A stretch of 64,000 nucleotides of DNA from a virus. The notes beneath the pieces were generated by a model, which saw only the letters and a list, made by a program, of their open reading frames with translations, was not told where the DNA came from and made no database searches. The stretch is taken from positions 26,377 through 90,376 of IMG/VR virus record IMGVR_UViG_3300009009_000003. One strand, given 5' to 3'. This document shows, in pieces, positions 54,092-63,700 of the stretch; position 1 is the stretch's first letter, and every line of letters begins with the position of its first letter. The translations under genes and the position numbers were made by a program.

Positions 54092-54813
54092 TTTTTATAA
54101 TGCAATCAGTAAATGAAGAGACATATGTGAAAAGGTTGATCTCGAAGGTAGTGGAGTATCCTTTTGTTGATAGAGTTATTGTTATTGATGGGGGATCTAC
54201 TGATTATACAGTTCAGGAGCTAAATAAGTTTGATAAAGTTGAGGTGTATGAGCATCCGTGGATTGATTGGTATCATGATATGAATATAATGCAGAGGAAC
54301 ATAGCACTTTCTTATGTTCCTGAAGGACAGCTATGTTTTATGTTGGACTTTGATGAATGTCTATCAATGGAGTTGGAGCAGTATCTAAATTTTGTTAATA
54401 CACAGGGGGTTTCTTCAGAAATGACATTGATTTCAAGGAAGACATTTGAATTGATGCGGTATCCTGATAGTCCTTGGTGTATATATGGAGAAGATGGGTT
54501 TCCTCTTCTTAGTCATCAGATAGGGCAGTTTCCTGATTGGCAGCCTCGTTTGATTAGAAGAAGTTTTCGTCAACATTGGGTAAATAGTCCACATCATCTT
54601 CTTTTTGGAGTAGACGGTGAAACAACTGCACCGGAAAATGCTCATATTATTCATTTTGAGAAGGATGATTCCAGGAATAGAGAAAGAATAGAAAAGAAGT
54701 GGCTAAGGGAGCAAGCTAGGAGGAAAATGCTAGGCCTTGTTCCAGATGTTTTCGAATGTAAACCGAAAACCGAAATATTTGAATATTCTAATCCTGAATC
54801 TTGGAAATGGTAG
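54088..54813 (+). CDS. Glycosyltransferase family 2
   Basis: NEE, VIDGGSTDYTV, QRN.AL, LDFDE, PDWQPRL. Confidence 0.85.
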   Translation: MIFIMQSVNEETYVKRLISKVVEYPFVDRVIVIDGGSTDYTVQELNKFDKVEVYEHPWIDWYHDMNIMQRNIALSYVPEGQLCFMLDFDECLSMELEQYLNFVNTQGVSSEMTLISRKTFELMRYPDSPWCIYGEDGFPLLSHQIGQFPDWQPRLIRRSFRQHWVNSPHHLLFGVDGETTAPENAHIIHFEKDDSRNRERIEKKWLREQARRKMLGLVPDVFECKPKTEIFEYSNPESWKW

Positions 54814-55748
54814 AATTGATGAAGATATATTATGGTCAGCTTGCAAAAGAGGATTCTGTAGCTTATGTTAGAACTATTGCTGAAAGAATGGAAAAATATA
54901 ATTCTAATATTAGAGTTGTACAGAATATTGCTGATTGTGATGTTATTTTTTTAGGGGGACCAGTAGTATACTATTTTGATTTTGATATACAGAGAGCAGA
55001 ACACATAAAAAAATCTGGGAAACCCATTATTACGTTTCAAATTGCTGAAGGATATCCAAATAGATTTGAGAACAGTTTCCCTTTTTATGTAAGTTTTCTT
55101 GAGGAAACACAAGATAGAATAAAGGTTCATTTTTGGAGAGATTTATTTAGGGAAGATAAAGATAATTGGGATAAAATTTATCCCTTAGAAACAATTGAAA
55201 TGGTTCAAGAGACATCCAAGTTTTTTGGGGAACCTTCGTCAAAAATACAATTTTTTAATAGACCTTATAATATATTTATGGCAACCAATTGTTTTAATGA
55301 TTCTCGTATAGGATTTTTTAGAGCATATTATGGTGAACCGGATAGTTTTGTTGAGAATATACTTCCTGAATTAAGACTTCCTTTTGAGGATATACTTAAA
55401 TATCATGGGGCTTCAAAAATAAGTTTAAGTCTTGAAGGGTCTGGATTTAAATGTGGAAGACATCATGAGGCTTCTTTGAATAGTGTTATGGCTACTCCTG
55501 GTGTTGATGTTGTTTGGTCATTTCCATGGATAGATGGATTAAATTGTATTGGTTTACCATATACAGCTCGTGAGGGAAAATTTACAGCCGATGTTGTTTT
55601 GGGTGTTTTGAAAATGAACTACTATCTTAAAGATAACCCAGACCTTCTTTATAATATTTATAGGACAGGATTTGAGAATGCTAAAAATTATTATTTTCCA
55701 TATTATTATGGAACTTACTTACCCAATAAAGTAAAGGAGTATCTATGA
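54801..55748 (+). CDS. Putative GT-B-type glycosyltransferase
   Basis: RPYNIF and SKISLSLEGSGFKCGRHHEA motifs; cluster context. Confidence 0.55.
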   Translation: MEMVELMKIYYGQLAKEDSVAYVRTIAERMEKYNSNIRVVQNIADCDVIFLGGPVVYYFDFDIQRAEHIKKSGKPIITFQIAEGYPNRFENSFPFYVSFLEETQDRIKVHFWRDLFREDKDNWDKIYPLETIEMVQETSKFFGEPSSKIQFFNRPYNIFMATNCFNDSRIGFFRAYYGEPDSFVENILPELRLPFEDILKYHGASKISLSLEGSGFKCGRHHEASLNSVMATPGVDVVWSFPWIDGLNCIGLPYTAREGKFTADVVLGVLKMNYYLKDNPDLLYNIYRTGFENAKNYYFPYYYGTYLPNKVKEYL

Positions 55749-56815
55749 CAGATATTATTAATCGGTTGTTAGAAAAATTTGGATATAATGAAATTGTTTT
55801 TAATTCTTGTTTAAATCCTGCTTTAGATGTACATGGGGATAATGCAGATATTCTATTTAAGTTCATTAACAGAAAACCCACTAAGGTTGTTTTGGAAATA
55901 GGAACTTATCACGGATTATCAGCAGCTTACATTGCCACCTTTATTGAAAAGGTTTATACAATTGATCTTATGGATTATGAAGAGAAATACAAGTTTTGGG
56001 ATTTTTTAGGAGTAACTGATCGAATAAAATTTATTAAAGTTAAAGATGATAACGAAAAAAGAGAAGTGATAGAAAGTATTCATTTTGATTTGGCTTTTGT
56101 TGATGGGGAACATTTTAAACCCTATCCTGAAGTTGATTTTGAAATGGTAAAACATTGTGGAAGAGTTATTTTACATGATTATTGCAAAGAATTTCCTGAT
56201 GTGATTGAGTTTTGCGATAAGCTAAACAGTAAAGAAAGAAATGGGTTATTTGTATATTGGGAAGATTCATTGAGTCCACAAGTATTAATGCCAGAATTTC
56301 ACCATAATCTACATTATGTAAACCAATATTTGGTGGGTGCAGGGTTTGATATGGGATGTGGAAGCAATCCTTTACAAAAACCAAATTGTTATCATGTAGA
56401 GGTGGCTTCAAAGGAAATGTCAGAAAGGCAGTTAGGAAGACCTATTGATAATTATATTCATGAGGATGCTTCTTCTATTCACGGGGGGTTGTTTTATGAG
56501 AAAGTAGATTATGTGTTCAGCTCTCATATGATTGAGGATTTAGGAAGTGAAGAGGAAATAGTGAAGTGTCTTAAAAATTGGTCTACTTTGTTAAAAGATG
56601 GTGGGCACATAATTCTTCTTCTTCCTGATATGCAGGGTGGGCGATATCCTACTGTAGAAGAAGGGGGGAACCCATCACACAGGGTGAATGTTGGGGCACC
56701 TTTTATAAAAGGAATTCTTTCTTTATTGCCATCATTAAACTTGGTTCAGATGGATACTATTCCTCATAATGAAGGGTGTACAATTGATGTTGTTTTTAGA
56801 AAGGATCAGAAATGA
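55745..56815 (+). CDS. Tandem two-domain SAM methyltransferase
   Basis: VLEIGTYHGLS/FVDGEH/LHDY then DMGCG/DYVFSSHMIEDL/LKDGG. Confidence 0.85.
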   Translation: MTDIINRLLEKFGYNEIVFNSCLNPALDVHGDNADILFKFINRKPTKVVLEIGTYHGLSAAYIATFIEKVYTIDLMDYEEKYKFWDFLGVTDRIKFIKVKDDNEKREVIESIHFDLAFVDGEHFKPYPEVDFEMVKHCGRVILHDYCKEFPDVIEFCDKLNSKERNGLFVYWEDSLSPQVLMPEFHHNLHYVNQYLVGAGFDMGCGSNPLQKPNCYHVEVASKEMSERQLGRPIDNYIHEDASSIHGGLFYEKVDYVFSSHMIEDLGSEEEIVKCLKNWSTLLKDGGHIILLLPDMQGGRYPTVEEGGNPSHRVNVGAPFIKGILSLLPSLNLVQMDTIPHNEGCTIDVVFRKDQK

Positions 56816-57354
56816 AAAAATGGAATGAAATAGAGGGAAGTTTTGATTTTGGTGAAGCTACTATTATAAGAGAAATATCAACTGGAAAAATATATTTAGA
56901 AGTGGGTGTGTTAAACGGAAGGTCTTCGGCAAATGCTAGTGATGTAGCAATGCATGTACATGCAGTTGATACTTATATGTCACATCCTAATGGAATTTAC
57001 CAATTTGAAAAGTACACTAATTTACAAATAGTTCAAGATAATTTGAGAGGAAGGACAAACATAACATTTTGGCCTGGGAAATCTGATTTTATAGCCACTC
57101 ATTTTGAAGATGAATCTATTGATGTTATTTTTATTGATGGTTCCCACACCTATGAAGGAGTATCCTTGGATATAAGGTCTTGGTGGAGTAAGTTAAAATA
57201 TGGCGGGAAAATGGCATTTCATGATTATGGACAAGGTTTTCCTGGGGTTACTTTAGCATTTAATGAATTTTTTGGTATTCCTGAGATTAGAAAAGATTCA
57301 ACAGCGATAGTAACAAAGAAAGAGCAAATTATAAATATGGAGACAAATAAATGA
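56812..57354 (+). CDS. Class I SAM methyltransferase (Methyltransf_24-like)
   Basis: LEVGVLNGRS, IFIDGSHTYEGV, LKYGG, FHDY. Confidence 0.85.
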   Translation: MKKWNEIEGSFDFGEATIIREISTGKIYLEVGVLNGRSSANASDVAMHVHAVDTYMSHPNGIYQFEKYTNLQIVQDNLRGRTNITFWPGKSDFIATHFEDESIDVIFIDGSHTYEGVSLDIRSWWSKLKYGGKMAFHDYGQGFPGVTLAFNEFFGIPEIRKDSTAIVTKKEQIINMETNK

Positions 57355-57782
57355 AAGATTTGACCGTTTTTATATTGCCTTCTAATGGGAACTACCCAAA
57401 TAGTTTGTTTATCGGAAAAATCAGTAAAATGATGTTCAATTGTGGGTTTGCCTTTTTTTTCAATACTGATTGTGAGAATTCGGACCAAGTGAGCAAACTT
57501 GTGAAAATGACAACTTGGTATATGATTGTTTATGATAATGAGATTATAACGCCTCCTTTAATTAGAGGAATGAAAAATTTATTGCAAAGTCTAAATTATG
57601 ATGTATATTCAATATTGAAGAGAGAGATTAATACAGAAAAGATATATGAAGCTCCAAGGATTTATAGATCTTGGATAAAACTTCAGGAAGGCAGTCTTCT
57701 TCCTGTACATAGTGATTTTATTCGATATGAAAGGGTTTTAGATGGGTTCATAATTGATGATAGTACCAAAAATAGTTTTTAA
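57351..57782 (+). CDS. Short degenerate GT2-like protein
   Basis: LTVFIL start; WYMIVYDNE and EAPRIYR echo the GT2 at 54088. Confidence 0.4.
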   Translation: MKDLTVFILPSNGNYPNSLFIGKISKMMFNCGFAFFFNTDCENSDQVSKLVKMTTWYMIVYDNEIITPPLIRGMKNLLQSLNYDVYSILKREINTEKIYEAPRIYRSWIKLQEGSLLPVHSDFIRYERVLDGFIIDDSTKNSF

Positions 57783-58320
57783 TAAAAATCAAATAGAGAA
57801 TATTCTACAAGCTAGTAGAAAACTAAAAACCTTTGTGGAAAAGGAAAGATACGAATTACCCCGTCAGTTTGCCGGTCATTATTACAAAGTACTGATTACC
57901 AATTTAAATTCTGGAAAACACATGGGGTCTTTTCAATATGGAAGAACACCAGGTTCAAGAAGATACTTAAAATGGAAGGCTGATTATGGTTCTGCTGACA
58001 AGGGTCCGTGGAGATTGGCTGATGATTTAATAAAATCCATTAAAGTTACATCATACAATAATGGATATTTAACTGGAATTAGGTCAGAATTGAAGGATAG
58101 GGGTGGGAAGTCATGGTTTGGAACGAAGGATAAACCAAAAGGCAAAAAGAAACCAATTGCTATGTATGCTAGAGTTCTTGAATTTGGAATGGAAGATAAT
58201 CCAGATCAATATCATCCACCCAGACCAATGTTTGGTCCTGCACTGGAAGATTTTATAAGTTCTGATTTGGAATGGAGAATAAAACGTACTATGCATAGAA
58301 TGGGGTTAACATGGAAATAA
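57754..58320 (+). CDS. Neck/tail completion protein (HK97 gp10-like)
   Basis: LIKSI, YARVLEFG, PPRPMFGPA. Confidence 0.7.
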   Translation: MMIVPKIVFNKNQIENILQASRKLKTFVEKERYELPRQFAGHYYKVLITNLNSGKHMGSFQYGRTPGSRRYLKWKADYGSADKGPWRLADDLIKSIKVTSYNNGYLTGIRSELKDRGGKSWFGTKDKPKGKKKPIAMYARVLEFGMEDNPDQYHPPRPMFGPALEDFISSDLEWRIKRTMHRMGLTWK

Positions 58321-58523
58321 AGTCAGTAAAAGCAAGGGATGTTTTGGTGACTATTGAATTTGATGCTTCGGAAATAGATATGATATTGGATGTACTTGAT
58401 CATTCAACTGTAGATACGAATGATGATAAAATAATGAAGGCTTTTAAATATGTTAGAGCTGTCTTTTGTAAAGAAATGGAACAGCTTTTATCTTCCGTAA
58501 AGGAGAAGACTGATGTCACTTGA
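58311..58523 (+). CDS. Hypothetical protein
   Basis: 70-aa ORF overlapping both neighbours. Confidence 0.45.
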   Translation: MEIKSVKARDVLVTIEFDASEIDMILDVLDHSTVDTNDDKIMKAFKYVRAVFCKEMEQLLSSVKEKTDVT

Positions 58524-58983
58524 TCCTACAGCTAGAGAAGCAAATGTGCGAGATTCCTTGAAAAAATACTTTAAGGATAATTTTCAAACCATAGAGGGGA
58601 TTAGAGTTTCTTTTGAAAAGACTGCTTCCCCCCCTACGGTACAAGGGGTTGAGGTGGACAGATGGATTTCAGTGAATATGGGGGATATGATTAGGGAAGC
58701 AGGGGCAAATATAGGGGTTGAGTTGTATTGTTGCACACGAAAGGATTCAGAGGGGTTTAAGCTTGCTCAGTTGGTGGATACTGTTTTGGGGTATTTACGG
58801 GATTCTTCTATGACAGATGGGATGGCCAGAGTTAAATTGTACCGATCTCATAGAGATTCAGCTTGGGAAGAGATTGGTGGAATGGTTGTTTATGATGTGG
58901 TTGAATCCCCAGAACTAGAAGCTTCTGATTTAACTAAGTATAAAATTCTTAATTGTAGGTTTGGTTGGGGAGCAAAAATATAA
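58513..58983 (+). CDS. Probable tail terminator
   Basis: 156 aa alpha/beta protein upstream of the tail tube gene. Confidence 0.5.
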   Translation: MSLDPTAREANVRDSLKKYFKDNFQTIEGIRVSFEKTASPPTVQGVEVDRWISVNMGDMIREAGANIGVELYCCTRKDSEGFKLAQLVDTVLGYLRDSSMTDGMARVKLYRSHRDSAWEEIGGMVVYDVVESPELEASDLTKYKILNCRFGWGAKI

Positions 58984-58991
58984 AATATTTA

Positions 58992-59020
58992 TAGACAAAT
59001 GGTTTATTTTTTTCTATAAT
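58992..59020 (+). promoter_or_regulatory. Sigma70-type promoter
   Basis: TAGACA-N17-TATAAT in the intergenic gap. Confidence 0.6.
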
Positions 59021-59049
59021 ATAATTGAGTGATCTTTTAGGAGTGACAA

Positions 59050-59301
59050 ATGGAAGAGCGAGAAGCACAGAAAAGAGTTTTTCTACATTGTAATAAATGT
59101 GGCAAACGTCTTTTAGAGAGACTTAGTAATGGATTGTTTAAATTCATGTTTGGTAAAAATAAAGATTCAGATCTTCCTCCTCCAGTAGAAATTTATATTC
59201 ACGGGAGTGTTAAAATAAAATGTTGGGCTTGTTCCTACTTTAATATATTTGATTATTTCCCGAAGAGTTTTGATATACCAAACAATCAACTAGATAAATA
59301 G
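59050..59301 (+). CDS. Mu Com-like zinc-ribbon protein
   Basis: HCNKCGKRLL...GSVKIKCWACSYFN. Confidence 0.55.
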   Translation: MEEREAQKRVFLHCNKCGKRLLERLSNGLFKFMFGKNKDSDLPPPVEIYIHGSVKIKCWACSYFNIFDYFPKSFDIPNNQLDK

Positions 59302-59339
59302 TTGAATTCTCTGGTTTTTATTGAAAGGAGGTGATGTGA

Positions 59340-59924
59340 ATGGCTCGTACAGGTCCAGTTACTAAGGATACGTCTACTGTTGCATTAGGATTGGCACAAG
59401 TTAGAGTTGGTGCTGCTGCTGCTAATATAGGTACTCCTTATGGTGCACTTTCTTCTTCTGATTCTATTGGTGTTTTGGCCAATACGAAATTTACAGGTAA
59501 CAGCGATTGGTTGAAGCTAGAATCAGGTTATCCACTATTAGAAGATTATGTTGTTCCCATTCGTGAGTCTGCTGCTTTGGAATGTGCCTTTATGGAAATT
59601 ACCCCGTATAATATGGCAATGTCTCTAGGTATTGACCCTACTTCAGGGTATGCTTCTGTACATTCTGGAGAAGTTGCGTTGGGTGGAAGAACGTCTCCTG
59701 CTTATGTTAGAATGGAGGCTGTTTATACTTATCCAAATGGTACTAATACAATGACCATTATTTTCCCCAGAGCACAGGTAAGTGCTGCTATTGAGATGGA
59801 TCTTCAGATGGAAGATTGGTCAAATGTTCCTATTACGTTTGAAGCTAAACGTGCGGATAGTGAAGTAACAGGCGGAAATGCAATTTGGAACAGTAAACCG
59901 CTTGGTGCTATTAAGTGGGTTTAA
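59340..59924 (+). CDS. Major tail (tube) protein
   Basis: Strong AAGGAGGTG RBS; IFPRAQV, VPITFEA; upstream of the chaperone and tape measure genes. Confidence 0.75.
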   Translation: MARTGPVTKDTSTVALGLAQVRVGAAAANIGTPYGALSSSDSIGVLANTKFTGNSDWLKLESGYPLLEDYVVPIRESAALECAFMEITPYNMAMSLGIDPTSGYASVHSGEVALGGRTSPAYVRMEAVYTYPNGTNTMTIIFPRAQVSAAIEMDLQMEDWSNVPITFEAKRADSEVTGGNAIWNSKPLGAIKWV

Positions 59925-59952
59925 CAAATAATCAAAATTGAAAGGTAGTATT

Positions 59953-60438
59953 ATGCCAGAGAATACTAATGATACAAGACTTAATCCTGGGGTTGTGGAT
60001 GTCGATATTGGCATCCACAATCTCAGAACAATCAAAATATATCCACTTTCTGTGGCGGATCAGATGCAGCTTGCAGATATTATTACTAAAGCTCTTCAGA
60101 AATTTTTTCTTCATGGCGGTGGGCAGACTTTAAAGGATATAAAGGACGAAGAGTTTGTTAGGTTTGCCTTATCTCTAATTGTAGAGAACTTAGAGAAAAT
60201 ATTGTTATTGGTTACTAATATCTCAAGGCCAAAATCCGTTTTTAATTTTCTTAATAAGAAAAAGAATTTTCTTTATGACATAACTAACTCTCAAATGGTT
60301 GAAATTGCTGATATTATTTTTAGAGTTAATTATGCAGATCCATTAAAAAACGGAGTAAGCCTCTCCAAGAAGATCAAAGAAATGTTGAATTTGGAGAGGC
60401 AGTCTGTTGCGTCTGCTCCAATTACGGATACAGATTAG
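59953..60438 (+). CDS. Tail assembly chaperone (G)
   Basis: Between tail tube and tape measure; contains a slippery site. Confidence 0.75.
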   Translation: MPENTNDTRLNPGVVDVDIGIHNLRTIKIYPLSVADQMQLADIITKALQKFFLHGGGQTLKDIKDEEFVRFALSLIVENLEKILLLVTNISRPKSVFNFLNKKKNFLYDITNSQMVEIADIIFRVNYADPLKNGVSLSKKIKEMLNLERQSVASAPITDTD

Positions 60439-60752
60439 AAGATATTTATAAGAAATCCTTCAGGGAAGGTGGTCTTACAATAAACCAAATTGCTGCTTTG
60501 TTTGAATATTACAATAAAGCAGAAATGGATAAACTTAAGGTGTTAGGATCTTTCTTTGGGGTTGAATTTAAGGAGGACAAAAAGAAGAAAGGGTTTATAC
60601 CATTTAAAGGACCGGATCAATACAACAAACTTTCTCCTGAAGAGAAAGAGAGACTCACTAAGGAAATGATGGGTTCACATAAAGATTTTGTCGAAGGAAG
60701 ACAAATTAAGAGTACTCTCTTGGGCAAAAAGCCTTCAGGAGGTTTGTTTTAA
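60345..60752 (+). CDS. -1 frameshift extension of the tail chaperone (GT)
   Basis: A AAA AAC at 60345-60351; the -1 frame is open from there into ORF 60498..60752. Confidence 0.75.
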   Translation, partial: KKRSKPLQEDQRNVEFGEAVCCVCSNYGYRLEDIYKKSFREGGLTINQIAALFEYYNKAEMDKLKVLGSFFGVEFKEDKKKKGFIPFKGPDQYNKLSPEEKERLTKEMMGSHKDFVEGRQIKSTLLGKKPSGGLF

Positions 60753-63700
60753 TGGAGCAAGATAGACAGCTAAGTTTAGGTGTGTTGTTTACAGGCAAAA
60801 TGGATAGTAGTTTTCGGACTGCTATTTCCAGTTTGCAAAATGCTTTAAGCGGATTGAATAATATTATAACACGATCCGAAGGCATTACCAGAAATGCTGC
60901 TAAAGTAAATAGAGATTTCTCCTCATCTACTGATAAAGCAAAAAAATCAACTGAAAATTTGAGTAGAACTTTGACCAGAGGCCAAACAGCCACCACTCAG
61001 TTTGCTGGTGCTATTCAAAGGCTCGGTACAGCCATGAAGATTATAGCTTCATTTTCGATGGCAGGGTCCATTCTTTTTACACTTATTGATTCTTTTAAAT
61101 CAGGTGTTAAAAACATAATTGACTATGATCAAGCCTTACAAAATATTAGGGCGATCACAGGGGCCACAACTGCTGAAATGTCAGGATTAAGCAAGACAAT
61201 TCAAGAGGTTGCTTCAAACACAAGATTTTCAACAAGAGAAGTTTCAGAAGGTGCTGTTATTTTTGGACAGGCCGGTTTTACTGCTTCTGAAACAACTATG
61301 GCTTTGAAAGCTGCTGCTGATCTTGCTCAAGGTACTATGGAAAGTATGGAGCAAACTGTTGATCTATTGTCATCAACCGTTCGAGCTTTTAATTTGGACG
61401 CATCAGAATCTGGAAGGGTTGCTGATGTTATGGCCAATGCTATAAATAAATCAAAACTAACAGTTGAGAAATTGCGTGTAGCTTTTAACTATGTTGGGGC
61501 TATAGCTTCTCAAACCAATGTTTCTTTAGAAGAAACCGGAGCATCATTAATGGTTCTTTCAGATAATGGTTTGCGAGCATCTACTATGGCTACCGGTTTG
61601 AGACGTATTCTTTCAACTCTTATCGCTCCTACAGATAAAGTTAAAGAAAGAATGTCCAATATGGGAATTGCTATTACGGATATAGATCCTGCTGTTAAGG
61701 GTTTTCAAGTTGCTCTTAGAAATCTTGTTTCGATTTTGAAAGACCAAAAGACAAACACAATAGATTCATCAAGAGCTTTTGAACTTTTTGGTATTTGGGG
61801 GGCGCAAGCTGCAACTGTTTTAATTGATTCATTTAATACCAATGAGTTTAATACAGCTCTTTTAAAAATAAAAGAGACTGGAACGGCTGCGGATATGTCT
61901 TCAATTCAAGCAGAAGGTTTAGGGGTTATTTTTTCTAGGATTGCTACTCAAGCAGGAATAATGGCTATTAGAATTGGTGATGCTGGATTAGGCGGATCTT
62001 TACGAATCTTAGGGACGATAATGAGAAAATCATTGGAAACTTTCAATGATTTTCTAAAAGATGGGTTAGGGAAAATGATAGTTTCTACAGGACTCGTCTC
62101 TGCTGTTTTCTATGGTACTATTCCCGTAACTTTGCTTCTTATAGGGAAGATTAGAGATTTAAAAAATGCCTTTTTTGCTGCTATTTTAGGGGTGCAAGCT
62201 TTAAACACGGCAATGAAGGGGGCCATTGTTACTGTAGGAACTTTCAGAGCATCTCTTATTTTATTAAAACAAGCTCTTATTTCAAATTGGTTTGGACTGT
62301 TGATTTTGGGGTTATCAGGATTAATAACATGGATATATAAAGTTACCCATGCAACAGATGATTTAATACAAAAAAACCATGATTATCAGGGGACTTTAGA
62401 TGAACAAAAAGGATCTTTGCTTAGATATCGAGGAGCGTTGGTACAACTGCATGAAAGTAATGTAGCTGCTGGTGAAGTAACTGAGGAGTATAATAGAACA
62501 ATTTCCAGATTGATTAAGGACCATGAGGAATTAACTGGTGTAGTGGATGTAACTACAGCTAGTTATGAACAATTGGTAGAGGGGATTGATAAATTAATAA
62601 ACAACATCTCTTTATTAAAATTGAGTGTAATGAAAGATGATATAGATAATTTAGCAATGTCATTGGAAGAATCTAGGGATAAATCTGAATTATTTTCCAT
62701 GTTTATTAAAAGGACAGCTATGGGATTGGCCGGATTGGATATAACTACGGCTAAATATAATCAAACACTTGATAAATATGCTGAATCTACTGATAAAGGA
62801 AGGGCAGCATTACTGAAGTTGAGAAATGCAGAAGAGAGTTTACGGCAGAATACCATTACTCTTGCTTTAGCGAATAAATGGGGGAAGGATCAAGCTGTTA
62901 AATATTATACTGAGCTGGTTAAACAGAGTAAGTTTCTCTCTAAAGAATCGGACAAGCACGTTAAAACCTTTTCCAAATCCTGGGATATTATAGTTACAAA
63001 ACAAGAAGAAGGATTAAAATCATATGTAAATTATGCTGAACAGATACATAAAAGCAAAATGCTTCTGAAAGATTTGGCTTTACAGGCAGCTAAGTTAAAA
63101 GAAGACAAGACCGTTGACCCAAAAGGTGAGAAGCAAATAGCTGTAGCTAGAGCTGTACATGCGGAAAATGTGAAACTTGCTGAGAGTGAATATAAGAAAA
63201 AAGAGTTAATGGAATCCGAAGATTATAATAAGAAGATTTTGCAAAGAGAAAGAGACGAAACAATTAGAGATAGCCAAATTGAAATGGAATTGGATATTCT
63301 AAGAATCCAAAATGAGCAAGATAGGGTGCAATCCAATATTAGAGATAAGAGATTGGAATATCAGAAACAACTGGAAGATCAAATTATAGCAGAGAAAAGT
63401 GCTTCGTTAGCAATTGAAGCAAGAACACAAGCCTACGCAATGCTTTTGGATAGGGAGCAAAGATACCAGGAATCTTTAGCAAAGGTTGATGATAAAACAA
63501 CTATAGGACTTGATGAGAAAATCAGGCTTCAGAAAGATCTTACTACTACAAAAGAAGCTGAGTTACAACTACAAAAGAAGATTATGGATGCAACTATTGA
63601 TAATGATGCTAAGGTTAGAGAACTGCAAGAAAGTTTAAATAACCAGCAATTATCTTATGCTAAACAGCAACTGGAAACAAACAAAATTATGAGTGAAACG

